DNA of 64,000 bases from Nitrososphaera sp. (lineage in GTDB: Archaea > Thermoproteota > Nitrososphaeria > Nitrososphaerales > Nitrososphaeraceae): contig DATMWK010000068.1 of NCBI GenBank assembly GCA_035562555.1, positions 17,319 to 81,318 of the forward strand, given 5' to 3'. A program made the position numbers and the translations under genes. The notes below the pieces were generated by a model. That model made no database searches. It had not been told where the DNA came from and saw only the letters and a program-made list of their open reading frames with translations. Below are positions 39,573 to 50,187 of this stretch, one piece after another. The number at the start of each line of letters is the position of its first letter. Position 1 is the stretch's first letter.

Positions 39573-41291
39573 ATGACAAGCCCAATATTAACGCATTTTC
39601 CGTTTCCCACAGTTAGAGAAAAGCAAAAGAAAGTCCTTGATATGATAGATTCTGCGATCAAGTCCGGCTATAGGTTGATTTTTCTTGAGGCTCCTACCGG
39701 CTTTGGCAAGACACCCGTTGCAGTGACCCTCGCCCGCTATCTTGGAAGCTCTCATATTTGTACAGCAACTAAAGACCTTCAAAGTCAGTACAGACGTGAC
39801 TTTCCGTTTATAGTGGACGTAAGGGGAAGAAGCAATTTTCCCTGCATTGTCAAGGAGGATATGGGGCTCGATGAGAGCTGTAACTATGGACCCTGTATCA
39901 AGGACGAATCTTACGACTGTTCCTACAAGACTCGCCTTACAGATTACAAAGTCTACGACCAGGGCACTGTCCACGAACTCGTTAAGCTTGATCCTTTTGC
40001 GGAGCGGAGATATGTGGACAAGATGAGATCAAAACCGAAGCTAGTCGATATAGATTGGCGACCATGCCATTATTATCATCAAAAGTGGATAGGCAGTCAA
40101 GCAACCCATACGGTTTACAATTATCGATATTTCCTATCAGACATCTTTTATGCCGGAGCAACACAAAAACGTAAACTTTTGGTCCTCGACGAAGCGCACC
40201 AGCTGGAAAATGAAGTCGGCGACTTTAGGAGTTTTACGATTCGCAAGAACATGTTCCCTTTCTTGAAGATGTATATGCCGATTGACAAGATTGATGACAT
40301 TGAAACATGGCTTGACTTTTGCTCGATGCTAAAAGAACGGCTTTTTGAATTTACAGAAAAGGCCCAAGGCATCATAGAGCGCAGCAACCAGAAAGTGACT
40401 TTGGAGCCATACACCGAAAAGAATCTGATAGATGTGCTAGAACTTGATAAGAATCTTACAGCGGTCATTGAGGACGTGAAAGCTAACAAGGATAATTGGA
40501 TAGTATCAGGTGTCCAGCGCGATTCTACTAACCAGCTTGTAAAGGTAACTCTAATGCCGCTTGAAGTTTCTAGCTATTTTGATACAATCCTCGAAAAGGG
40601 TTCAGTCTCGCTTTTCATGAGTGCTACAATCCTGAGCAAAGACCACTTATGCAAGACAACAGGTCTTGAGCCTGAAAAAGTCAAATTCATCCGAGTTGAA
40701 GATTCAGACTTTCCAGTTAAGAACAGACCTATTCACCTTATGAATGTAGCATGGCTCAGTGCCAAAACAATGAACATGAGTATGCCTAAAATTGCTCAGG
40801 CTGTAGACAATATCATGTCAATTCACAGGAATGAAAAGGGCATAATCCATACTACATCGTACTCACAACTTCAATTTATTAAGGTAAATATTAGCAAGGA
40901 AAATGCAAGCAGACTCATAGAGACAGCATCCAGCCTTGATAGAAGCGAAGTACTGCAAAAGCACTACGAGAGCGAGAAGCAGACAGTTCTGATATCTCCA
41001 TCTCTCCACCTTGGGGTAGACCTAAAGGACGACCTCTCAAGGTTTCAGGTGATCGTAAAAGTGCCATTTCCAGATTTGACCGACAAAAAAATAGCTGCAA
41101 AAAAAGAGCGCGATCCAAAGTGGTATACATGGAACACAGTTCTCCGGCTTGTTCAAGCTTATGGCAGGAGCGTTCGTAGTGGTGATGACTATGCAACAAC
41201 ATATATCCTAGACGGTAGCGCTTCCTATCTTCTTAGGAATGCAAAGGAGTTAATGCCCCGCTGGTTTACCGAAGCAATTGTGCAGTTCTAG
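39573..41291 (+). CDS. XPD/Rad3/DinG-family superfamily 2 helicase
   Basis: 572 aa. Walker A EAPTGFGKT and DEAH box VLDEAHQL. A four-Cys cluster lies between them (PCIV...SCNYGPCIKDESYDCSY), as expected for an Fe-S domain. C-terminal helicase_C_2-like motif QAYGRSVR. Confidence 0.8.
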   Translation: MTSPILTHFPFPTVREKQKKVLDMIDSAIKSGYRLIFLEAPTGFGKTPVAVTLARYLGSSHICTATKDLQSQYRRDFPFIVDVRGRSNFPCIVKEDMGLDESCNYGPCIKDESYDCSYKTRLTDYKVYDQGTVHELVKLDPFAERRYVDKMRSKPKLVDIDWRPCHYYHQKWIGSQATHTVYNYRYFLSDIFYAGATQKRKLLVLDEAHQLENEVGDFRSFTIRKNMFPFLKMYMPIDKIDDIETWLDFCSMLKERLFEFTEKAQGIIERSNQKVTLEPYTEKNLIDVLELDKNLTAVIEDVKANKDNWIVSGVQRDSTNQLVKVTLMPLEVSSYFDTILEKGSVSLFMSATILSKDHLCKTTGLEPEKVKFIRVEDSDFPVKNRPIHLMNVAWLSAKTMNMSMPKIAQAVDNIMSIHRNEKGIIHTTSYSQLQFIKVNISKENASRLIETASSLDRSEVLQKHYESEKQTVLISPSLHLGVDLKDDLSRFQVIVKVPFPDLTDKKIAAKKERDPKWYTWNTVLRLVQAYGRSVRSGDDYATTYILDGSASYLLRNAKELMPRWFTEAIVQF

Positions 41292-41331
41292 AACATTTTT
41301 ATCCCGTGGGTCGCTCACAAAAATGTGAAAT

Positions 41332-42384
41332 TTGTCGAGGGACAAAACTGTAGCTTCTGATGGCACGGAAGGCCATGTTATATTTGGCATAAACTCGAGC
41401 ATAGCGGCGACTTTGATACTTATTTCGCCGATTTTGTTTACCCTTATAGTATATCCGGACACCTTTGTTCTTTCTTGGAATGAGGGGAGAGGAGGCTTTC
41501 TATTTGCGATGGCATTTATTGGAGCTGAGCTTGTCGGAGTGAAATATTCCTTCAGCAAAAAAAGACTCCTCTTGGTAGCAGGCATGGCAGCCCTCACCAT
41601 TTCATATTTTATTGCATTACCATATGGACTAAGTGACTATATCAGAAATGGAAAATATGTGTACAATGTTTCGCTTGTGGACAGTTGGATGTGGATGTGG
41701 GATTTTATTGTAACGGCCATATTTGTAGCAAGCTCGCTTATATTGCTATTTGGCAAAAAGTGGTACAAGATAGCATCTGCAGGAACGATATACCTGGCAG
41801 GAAGCGCGCTCATCCTAGCGCTGGATGCATTTTTTCCATTTGATTCTCTTGGCCCTCTGCAGGTCATAGTGCCAATTTATTTGCAGATTGACCAGGCAGT
41901 GATTAACTTTATAGATACATCTATCATTAATGTCGGGCCGCAGACACCGGGTAATTCTGTAGATCCTGCACTTGCAAGGGGCAATCTACTCGTGATGAAT
42001 GGCCTTCATGGCCCTTTCGCACTGCAGGTCTTTTGGCCGTCGGCAGGTGTCCACAGTATGATAATCTATACCCTTGTGATGCTGGCACTGCTCCTTAAAA
42101 TGAATATGCCATTAAGTAGGAAGCTAATCTACTTTGCCGCAGGAACCTTAGGCACTGTTGCTGTAAATCTGGTTCGAATCGTTTCGCTTTCTGTATATGC
42201 ACTTGTGGTGACGACAGACGTTCAGGAGTGGGAGGCATTTCATTCAATAGCTGGAGAGATAATGTTTTTGCCTTGGCTTGGGATATATCTTGGAGTAGTA
42301 ATCTATATCGAAAACAATAGGACCCGTAAGTTACAGGCAGAAGCGGACAACAATACTGCAACTTCTAATCAGTCGACTCGCTAG
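41332..42384 (+). CDS. Exosortase/archaeosortase-superfamily polytopic membrane protein (variant active site)
   Basis: 350 aa with about 8 TM helices. Motif order matches the sortase family: QVFWPSAGVHSM (where the family has V...CSG..S), then AVNLVRIV (N..R), then FHSIAGEIMF (H...G). TTG start. Confidence 0.6.
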   Translation: MSRDKTVASDGTEGHVIFGINSSIAATLILISPILFTLIVYPDTFVLSWNEGRGGFLFAMAFIGAELVGVKYSFSKKRLLLVAGMAALTISYFIALPYGLSDYIRNGKYVYNVSLVDSWMWMWDFIVTAIFVASSLILLFGKKWYKIASAGTIYLAGSALILALDAFFPFDSLGPLQVIVPIYLQIDQAVINFIDTSIINVGPQTPGNSVDPALARGNLLVMNGLHGPFALQVFWPSAGVHSMIIYTLVMLALLLKMNMPLSRKLIYFAAGTLGTVAVNLVRIVSLSVYALVVTTDVQEWEAFHSIAGEIMFLPWLGIYLGVVIYIENNRTRKLQAEADNNTATSNQSTR

Positions 42385-42630
42385 TAGGAAGCTTATCTTT
42401 GTTGGAATGTTCTACCCAATCCATAGACATGTTCGTGCTCGCACCAGCCCTCTCTCTGTAATCATCAGACCGCTAAACCAATTTCGTTATCTAAGATATT
42501 ACCTTGATTTGGTCAGCATTCAAATTCAAATTTTATCCAATATAGTGCTGCTGAGACCCATATTGCTCCAACAGTTTCTACCGGTCAGATTATATACAGG
42601 CTTGCTGTGTCATAAATAGAGGTTTTTTGA

Positions 42631-42960
42631 TTGGTACAAAATAGTTTTCCGATGAGAGAATGGCACCTTGAACACATGGAAAAGACGGTTGTAAAATATG
42701 TCAAAGGTCTGTCAGAAAACGCATCAGGATGGGAGAAGAGAAATCACAAAAAGTATGGCGGCCTTCCAAATATCTGCAGACAGATTGAATATGATATTAA
42801 ACATGGAGTTAGTAGCGAGCAAGTCAATTCTATCTTTGAGAGGATTAGAAGTGACTCATCCTTTTCAACTCTAAGAAAGAGCAATGGTTCAATGGAAAGA
42901 TTAGCTGAAATAGAAAATCAATTTAGTAAGCCCAAAATAAGAGTGCCCCGATGGAGTTAG
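42631..42960 (+). CDS. Hypothetical protein
   Basis: 109-aa hydrophilic ORF with a non-ATG start. No motif recognised. Confidence 0.3.
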   Translation: MVQNSFPMREWHLEHMEKTVVKYVKGLSENASGWEKRNHKKYGGLPNICRQIEYDIKHGVSSEQVNSIFERIRSDSSFSTLRKSNGSMERLAEIENQFSKPKIRVPRWS

Positions 42961-43247
42961 GTTTGCTTACTACTCTACCCTACCTCCATTATTGTTCCTA
43001 ATCTTTCATCTCCATTTTCTTAATTGATGTAAACTTGAATTAAGCTCTATGAGGCGAGTGAACAAAAATTTAGTTTCCATATAGATATATATATAATATA
43101 GGTCATAAACAAGAAAAACAATATTTTACTTCGGCAGCTTTTTGATTTTAACCTTTGATAATAATCCGTTTTTTACTACAGCAGAATGCCAATGTCGCTT
43201 TTTATTATCCTCAACTTAAATACCCACATCGAGCAATAGATGAGTAG

Positions 43248-43499
43248 ATGGCCGCCGCAGATGATGGGGTCCCGGTCGTGGCAGAACAAAGTGGCATTAA
43301 GATCAAGACCGACAAAATGATCACAGATAAGCTCTACCACTGTATTTATGAGAATAAGGTTTTTTTATTTTACAAAGATGACCAGTCCCTACTCCATTGC
43401 TATGAGGTAGAACATCCAGAGGCGGTTAGGGAGATAGCAGAAAAGCCTTCAGAGCTTCAAAGCATTCTCAAAAAGTATGCCCAGATTACTCAAGGCTAG
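43248..43499 (+). CDS. Hypothetical protein
   Basis: 83-aa ORF with an ATG start, directly upstream of alba. No motif recognised. Confidence 0.4.
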   Translation: MAAADDGVPVVAEQSGIKIKTDKMITDKLYHCIYENKVFLFYKDDQSLLHCYEVEHPEAVREIAEKPSELQSILKKYAQITQG

Positions 43500-43543
43500 C
43501 CTCAATAAACGTTATATTGTACTGTGCTGAATTATCTCGCACG

Positions 43544-43852
43544 ATGTCGACAAGCACCAATTCAGTTAGGCAAAGCACTTCAAGTAACGAGATATTCATT
43601 GGCAAGAAACCGCTCATGACTTATGTCACAGCAACTCTAGTACAATTGGCAAACGAGCCAACAGTCGTAATAAAAGCAAGAGGAAAGAGCATCACAAGAG
43701 CAGTAGATGTGGCGCAGATTATTGTAAAACGTATGGATACACTTGGATACAAGATTGGACCAATTAAGCTAGGGTCGGAGACAGTCCAATCGGATGACGG
43801 TAAGGTGAGGAACGTCTCCACAATAGAAGTCCCTATTTCTCGTGCTAGGTGA
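43544..43852 (+). CDS. albA: Alba DNA/RNA-binding chromatin protein
   Basis: NEIFIGKKPLMTYVTA...VVIKARGKSITRAVDVAQIIVKR is the Alba signature. The ATG at 43544 is preferred over the TTG at 43517. Confidence 0.88.
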   Translation: MSTSTNSVRQSTSSNEIFIGKKPLMTYVTATLVQLANEPTVVIKARGKSITRAVDVAQIIVKRMDTLGYKIGPIKLGSETVQSDDGKVRNVSTIEVPISRAR

Positions 43853-44196
43853 AAGATCGTAACATAAGTGCAGGCGTAGCTATCCCGTTGGTAATGTAAC
43901 ATTTTTCTTTTCTGAAGGTCGTTTACAGTGAATAACCGACACTAACAAGCAAAAAAGAGCTCTGGGTCAGGACCGATGAAAGATTAGGCAAAGTGCTAAA
44001 GTTCAAATACACTACTTCTCCAACGAGCAAAAATTGCATAACAATCAACATGGATGGTTGTTGACAGCTTAGTTATAACAACGTCCGAGAAATTCCTTGG
44101 GGAACTTCACGCATAGAGCTGATGCCTAGCGAGCACATAAAGAAAGAGCTGCCAATTAGAATTCGGAGATTATCTTCAAAAATGTTTTAATTTTTC

Positions 44197-44841
44197 TCAA
44201 GTGTGAATGTATTGTGATGCCGCCTCTGATACAAAGCTAACTCCATAATATATGAGTACTACTGTTAGTCCCAGGCGTAAAGCTGGATAGTATTTTGACC
44301 TAAGAACAGAGGCTCCTATTGAAGCAAGATAGGCAGTGCTGCCAAGCCATGCATAGTCCATCCAAATGTGAAGCGCAAAAAGAATTGCTATGCCATTAAC
44401 GACCCCAAATACTTCAGAGTCGACCACCAGTTTCAATCCAACTGTGAACCACCATAAAACGAAGAACGGGTTGAGAGCACTGAGTATAATGCCCCCTATA
44501 ATTGGGCCTTTGCTGCCTAAGGAATTGGAATTTTTTTCATATCCGTGTATTTGTTTAAAGATACTTGCTATTTGCAAACCTGCAAAGACAAGGATAGCGA
44601 TTCCACCAATCACTCCTATGACGCCAGCATATTTTTTTGCAGTATCAAAAGCCACCAGGCCTGCTGCTAGTATGATTATTAGGGGGAGCTCGACTATCGT
44701 GTGGCCGTAAGCAACTTTGATACCAGACCATCTGTCGTGTTGCGTACCGTAGGCCAGATTGGCGAAAAAAAGTGGGCCAGGAGCCAGTACGCCTGATGCT
44801 GAAAGAGTGATAACTTCGATGCCGAATTCAAGCGCATTCAT
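44197..44841 (-). CDS. LysE/RhtB-family amino-acid exporter
   Basis: 214 aa. Six TM helices and the N-terminal motif SGVLAPGPLFFANLAYG, typical of the LysE family. Confidence 0.82.
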   Translation of the reverse strand: MNALEFGIEVITLSASGVLAPGPLFFANLAYGTQHDRWSGIKVAYGHTIVELPLIIILAAGLVAFDTAKKYAGVIGVIGGIAILVFAGLQIASIFKQIHGYEKNSNSLGSKGPIIGGIILSALNPFFVLWWFTVGLKLVVDSEVFGVVNGIAILFALHIWMDYAWLGSTAYLASIGASVLRSKYYPALRLGLTVVLIYYGVSFVSEAASQYIHT

Positions 44842-44893
44842 CTCTTCGAAATAAGGACGTCACAGTACTGTTAAGGTTTTCTATGCAAGAGAA

Positions 44894-46006
44894 TTGCTTA
44901 AAAGGGACAGTCGCTGGAGAAGTGGTACATTGGTAGTTGACACAATTCGTACTATAAAGCTTATCAGCAAATGGGGCATGGACACGGCATTAGGTAGGAG
45001 GCGTCCTGTTGTAGCAGTGTTTAGTATGACACATTACTGCAATTTTTATTGTCCCATGTGTCCCTTCGGTGATTCCGACAAGGAAGGACAAATAAGGCTG
45101 GCCAAGAACTCTGATCTTACGACACAGCAGTGGAAGATGGTCTTTGATAAAGTATCGAAATATTGTGTCTGGTGTATAATAGAAGGTGGAGAACCAACTA
45201 GCAGGCCTGATTTTATGGAACTTGTTGAGTACCTGCACAATATCAAGATGCCCATAACACTTATCACCAACTGCTCGCTCCTGCACAGGATTAATCTCGA
45301 GAGCTTGAGAAAATATATTCAGTTTGTGACATGCAGCATCGACTCCACTTATGAAGAGTCCTACTGTAAAGTGCGAGGAGTGTCTCCCCCGATCTTTAGT
45401 AGAGTTATGGACAACTTACGCTTGCTCACAAAATATGAAGTACCACACTATTTTAACAGCGTGATTACAAAATTCAACACACAGGAGTTTATCGATCAGA
45501 CTTACTTTGATAGGGCAAAGGATCTGGGAGCAAGTGCGATCTCTCTTACCTTTGTTGAAGATAGGTCTGATGTTGATTATTCACTATCGCCGGATCGTGA
45601 AACCATGGTCAAGGTGTGCAGAAGCGTTCTCGATTATATGAAGAAGCCTGGCTCATTGCGTATGCTGATACCACCGGAGTATTTTCAACAGATAATAAAA
45701 CATGGCCGGACACTCTTTGATGAATGTGGAGTTTGGAAGAGCATATTTGTAAACGGAAACGGGACCGTTTTAGTGCCTTGTTGGAAGTTTAAGTCAGCTG
45801 AGAACACGTATAGCCTTCTTGAGAAGAGCATAGACGAAATTTGGGACGCTCCGCAATGGGACATTGCTAGAACATGCCATGATTGCAAGGTGCTAGGTTG
45901 CATTTGGACATCATCACAACCAATCCGGTCGCTTGCCAGAAGTTATATGCAAGGTGTATCGAAGGTCATTGGCCAGTACCGCCCAGACCTTCAAGAGATG
46001 GCGTAA
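44894..46006 (+). CDS. Radical SAM protein with Cys-containing C-terminal extension
   Basis: 370 aa. Radical SAM cluster motif CNFYCPMC and a GGEP motif (IEGGEPTS). C-terminal cysteines (CGVW...VPCW...CHDCKVLGC) suggest a partial SPASM/twitch-like auxiliary cluster. Alternative ATG at 44978. Confidence 0.78.
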   Translation: MLKRDSRWRSGTLVVDTIRTIKLISKWGMDTALGRRRPVVAVFSMTHYCNFYCPMCPFGDSDKEGQIRLAKNSDLTTQQWKMVFDKVSKYCVWCIIEGGEPTSRPDFMELVEYLHNIKMPITLITNCSLLHRINLESLRKYIQFVTCSIDSTYEESYCKVRGVSPPIFSRVMDNLRLLTKYEVPHYFNSVITKFNTQEFIDQTYFDRAKDLGASAISLTFVEDRSDVDYSLSPDRETMVKVCRSVLDYMKKPGSLRMLIPPEYFQQIIKHGRTLFDECGVWKSIFVNGNGTVLVPCWKFKSAENTYSLLEKSIDEIWDAPQWDIARTCHDCKVLGCIWTSSQPIRSLARSYMQGVSKVIGQYRPDLQEMA

Positions 46007-46724
46007 CAAATAGTCCTAAACAGTAAAAATCTCCTTCTCTATAGTTATTCAGCGTTAGTCTAAAGTGAAAACAGGATAATTATCTTGCGTAGTGATGATG
46101 GAGCCATTAGGATATAATATAACTACAAACCGAGTGATCGATTAACATGAGTGTGTAACCTTATATATGCTATTTTTGAACGGCACTCGTGAAATACCCT
46201 ATAGTTTCGAGAAAGCTTTGTACAACAAAGTTATGCCTACGAAGAGCTTGTAGGATGCTCGGGCTCACGTAATCTAATATTCAATTAGCACAATAGAACG
46301 AAATTTGCTTGAACATTAATTTCTAAAGACGTTACTCAAGTAAGCTGTCGAGTGGGCTGCAAAAGCCTCTCTTGTGACAGAGGCCCTTCCACGAAAAATG
46401 AACCCTTAGAGCAAAAAAGGGGTTTTCCGAGCCAGAGGCGATGGCCAATTAGCCGTATTACAAAATATAACTAGTGTACTTCAACGTTCCATTTCGAATA
46501 TCTCTAACTTTTCAGTTAATAAAGGCAGGCGATCATAAAAAGGTAAGTGATTTAGAATCATAAGCTGTAATTATAACTTATAATCTTGAGTACTTTAGCA
46601 CGGCTATATTAAGCGCTAGAGTAGACTATACAGTAAAATAAATTCAATTTTTCCTTACTAAGAACTATTCATTAGAGACAGAAATAACCTGTAAATATGA
46701 AACTCTAACATATTGTATTGCAAT

Positions 46725-47027
46725 ATGCTAACCGATGATGGCGAGGGACTTAGAGTTCCAATGCACGGTCCGGCATGCCAGGTCGCTGGATGTTTTGAGC
46801 GCGCATCAGTGTATGTCGTCATTAAGGAAAGTGATATCAATGCCTTAAATATTGATGCCGGCGAAAAACAAATGGTGGTAGAAAGGGAGTCGCTAGCAGA
46901 CGTAAACGCATTTAAGCTCATATTGTACCTTTGTCCTCGCCACGACTATGACTTGAAGTATCTTCTCGGGGAAAACGAGCTAGAGATAACAAAAAGGCGT
47001 CACCTGATGCTTAAGGAAACCCAATAG
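46725..47027 (+). CDS. Hypothetical Cys-containing small protein
   Basis: 100 aa from the ATG. Followed immediately by a 7-bp stem hairpin. No family recognised. Confidence 0.4.
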   Translation: MLTDDGEGLRVPMHGPACQVAGCFERASVYVVIKESDINALNIDAGEKQMVVERESLADVNAFKLILYLCPRHDYDLKYLLGENELEITKRRHLMLKETQ

Positions 47028-47045
47028 GCATTTGCGTTAATGCCT
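47026..47045 (+). terminator. Hairpin overlapping the stop codon of the 46725-47027 ORF
   Basis: AGGCATT-tgcgtt-AATGCCT, followed by TTTGC. Read directly. Confidence 0.3.
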
Positions 47046-47707
47046 TTGCAGTCTAGGGCAATAAATGCACAGTTTTAGATTTGCTCTTTCTGTGTTCCTC
47101 AAGGTTCCAAACAATTCAAAAATCGTGGCCTTTAATCATGAGGCCCAAATTATCATAGTATTATTACAGTCAGCTTTATGCATCCACCGTCTGGTGCAGA
47201 ACATTCCCTTCATAATTTTGTTGACTTCTGTCATAAGTTCTGTATCATCATCTTTGTAGGAGCTTTGCACCTTAACTTCATTAACTAACAAAGCAAGTCA
47301 TCTCAAGATATGAAGCCAAATCGTGAGGCAATTGCCCCAATCTTCGACCTACGATTGCAAGGATACGTGAAGAACGAATGAATTGTAGAGATCAATGCCA
47401 AAAGAACCTATGAACTGGACAAAGAAAAAAGGCCTCCTTTATCTTCAGTTGCAGTCTAATCTATCAGCACGAGAATTGTAGAGTACCGAACTAGAATGAG
47501 AATACATTAGTTGGAAGCTATGTCTCAAAGGAGACTTTTATGAGTCGCAAAGATTAACATTTTGTCTCAAACATTTTAGCTTGCTGATCATGTGACCCTA
47601 TTATTGGCTATGCCACTTTACCACTTTTCCTAGGGACTAGCAGGGTCTTTGTTTTGCACCAAGTGCATCAATAATGTGTTGAGGATTACCAAAGTTATTT
47701 TGAAATC

Positions 47708-48127
47708 TTAAGAGATTTCATCTTTTATCTTCTGGGCTATTTTAATTATATCTTCTTGAGAGGCAACCCTGCGTGAAGGCCATTTTCCGTCGGGACTATC
47801 ATCGTGAAAACGTGGTACAATGTGGACGTGTACATGCGGCACAATCTGGTTTGCAGCTATTCCGTTGTTCTGCCCCACATTGAAGCCATCAGCCTTTACA
47901 GCAGATATTATTGCCTTAGCAATTGTGGGTACCAAAGAATACAATTCGCCCACTTCGGAAGGAGGCATTTGGAGCAATGTGTCATAATGCTTTGTCGGCA
48001 TCACCAGGGCATGACCCGGGTTAATTGGATATTTATCCATAAGCACTAAAAATCCATTATCTCGGTGTATCTGCACGCAGGGCTCTTGCCCAGCTATTAT
48101 AGAGCAGAAGATGCAAGGTTTGCTCAT
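47708..48127 (-). CDS. HIT-family (histidine triad) nucleotide hydrolase/transferase
   Basis: 139 aa. CIFC at the N-terminus and the triad motif HVHVHIVPR. Confidence 0.9.
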   Translation of the reverse strand: MSKPCIFCSIIAGQEPCVQIHRDNGFLVLMDKYPINPGHALVMPTKHYDTLLQMPPSEVGELYSLVPTIAKAIISAVKADGFNVGQNNGIAANQIVPHVHVHIVPRFHDDSPDGKWPSRRVASQEDIIKIAQKIKDEIS

Positions 48128-48222
48128 GCTGTGCCTAGTAGCCTGTGAGTATATTGGTTGTTTATTTTTTGCTATTAGGCATATGAATTTTTAAATAGAC
48201 CAATGATCGGAAATTTACATAG

Positions 48223-48411
48223 ATGGGAGAAACACTCGAGCTCGATAGCTTTGACATGACTTTCGCTTTCCGCTGTCCCAAATGTGACTACTTGAATGAA
48301 GAGGTGGCAGCTAAGGATCTTTCAAGCGGTAATGCAGAATGCGGAATGTGCGAGACCGTTTTTAAGGTAGAAGGAATTGACGCTGTCAAGATAACGGCGA
48401 CTCTTGAGTAA
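48223..48411 (+). CDS. Small zinc-ribbon protein
   Basis: 62 aa. CPKC...CGMC arrangement. Upstream of ilvD. Confidence 0.5.
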   Translation: MGETLELDSFDMTFAFRCPKCDYLNEEVAAKDLSSGNAECGMCETVFKVEGIDAVKITATLE

Positions 48412-48451
48412 CTGAAAAATCTTAAAATATGCACTTGTATCGATAATTACA

Positions 48452-50131
48452 ATGAAGCTCGAGAGTAGAAAGGCACTTGAGGGACCAGAGAGGGCTCCAC
48501 ATCGAGCGATGTACAAGGCAATGGGGCTGACAGATGAAGACTTGGACCGTCCTCTGGTAGGAGTATCTTCTACCTGTAATGAGGCTACCCCCTGCAACAT
48601 CCATCTTGGACGACTTGCACAGAGCGCTAAACGCGGTGTAAAAGATGCTGGATGTACTCCCAGAGAGTTTACCGCAATTGCAGTTTCTGATGGCATAGCC
48701 ATGGGCCACGAGGGTATGAAAGCCTCTCTTGTGAGCCGTGAAATAATCGCAGATTCTATTGAAGTAATGGTAAGGGCCCATGAATACGACGGAATCGTGG
48801 GTATATCAGGCTGTGACAAGAGTTTACCTGGAACGCTAATGGGTATGGGCCGGCTGAACCGACCCTCAATATTTGTTTATGGCGGAACTATCATGCCGGG
48901 TCTGTGGAATGGCAACCAGGTAACGGTGCAGGATGTATATGAGGCTGTGGGTGCGTATGATGCTGGCAAGATGACATTGCAGGAACTTGTCAGCCTTGAA
49001 AATGTTGCATGTCCTAGCGCAGGCTCATGTGCTGGCATGTACACTGCAAATACAATGGCCTCAGTCAGCGAAGCCCTAGGAATGTCAATCCTTGGAAGTG
49101 CTTCTGCTCCAGCAGAGAGCGAAAGGCGGCTTGAGATCTGCTATAACACGGGAAAGGCTATAATGAGCCTGCTTGAAAGCAACATCAGACCACGTGACAT
49201 CATGACCTTTGAAGCCTTTGAAAATGCAATTATGATGGCCAATGCAATAGGGGGTTCAACCAATGCTATACTGCATCTCCTAGCAATAGCTAGAGAAGTT
49301 GGAGTAAAACTGAACCTTTCAGACTTTGAAAGGATTCGAAAGCGCACTCCTCATATCGCAGATATGAGGCCTGGTGGAATGTATGTAATGGCCGACCTGG
49401 ACAACGTAGGTGGGGTCCCGGTAATACTCAATAGTCTGCTCAAGAAGGGTCTCTTGAATGGCAATGTCTTGACAGTCAGCGGAAGGACCATGAAGGAAAA
49501 TTTGGAATCGCTTAAGTTTAGCTTCGATATTGATAATAAGATTATCCGACATCTAGATAACCCAATCAAGGAGGAAGGTACGCTCAAAGTGCTTAAAGGC
49601 TCACTTGCACCCGAAGGCGCCGTAATGAAGCTTGCAGGCATACAAACCAAGAAATTTGTTGGCAGGGCGAGAGTATTTGACAAAGAAGAGGATGCATTTG
49701 AAGCTGTATCAAAACGCAAGATAGTAGAAGGAGACATAATCGTAATTCGTTACGAGGGACCAAAAGGGGGACCCGGAATGCGGGAAATGCTGGCAGTAAC
49801 CGCAGCCATTGTAGGACAAGGGCTAGGTGAAAAAGTGGCTATGGTCACAGATGGGAGGTTTTCTGGTGCAACCAGGGGATTCATGATAGGTCATGTTGCT
49901 CCAGAAGCCATGGTGGGTGGCCCCATTGCCTTAGTAAAGGAATATGATCAAATCATAATTGACATGCAGAAAAGCAGAATAGATCTCATGGTTTCAGAGG
50001 TGGAGCTAAGAAAAAGGAGAAAGAAATGGAAGCCTATCAAACCTCGCTATACCGCTGGGGTTCTTGCAAAATACGCTATGCTAGTCCAGACTGCATCGGA
50101 AGGGGCAGTCACGACCGCTACCGAGCGATAA
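48452..50131 (+). CDS. ilvD: Dihydroxy-acid dehydratase
   Basis: 559 aa. IlvD/Edd signatures (CDK..PG, SDGRFSG-like [17 protein letters not shown]). Confidence 0.95.
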   Translation: MKLESRKALEGPERAPHRAMYKAMGLTDEDLDRPLVGVSSTCNEATPCNIHLGRLAQSAKRGVKDAGCTPREFTAIAVSDGIAMGHEGMKASLVSREIIADSIEVMVRAHEYDGIVGISGCDKSLPGTLMGMGRLNRPSIFVYGGTIMPGLWNGNQVTVQDVYEAVGAYDAGKMTLQELVSLENVACPSAGSCAGMYTANTMASVSEALGMSILGSASAPAESERRLEICYNTGKAIMSLLESNIRPRDIMTFEAFENAIMMANAIGGSTNAILHLLAIAREVGVKLNLSDFERIRKRTPHIADMRPGGMYVMADLDNVGGVPVILNSLLKKGLLNGNVLTVSGRTMKENLESLKFSFDIDNKIIRHLDNPIKEEGTLKVLKGSLAPEGAVMKLAGIQTKKFVGRARVFDKEEDAFEAVSKRKIVEGDIIVIRYEGPKGGPGMREMLAVTAAIVGQGLGEKVAMVTDGRFSGATRGFMIGHVAPEAMVGGPIALVKEYDQIIIDMQKSRIDLMVSEVELRKRRKKWKPIKPRYTAGVLAKYAMLVQTASEGAVTTATER

Positions 50132-50187
50132 AGGTTTAAATTTTATTTTACTGCAGCCTCAATATAGGTAGGAGAATATGAGCAAGA

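Noticed and set aside
42169-42182. GGTTCGAATC T-loop-like string, considered as a hidden tRNA
   Set aside because: It lies inside the sortase-like CDS, and the flanks cannot form a T-stem or any other tRNA arm.
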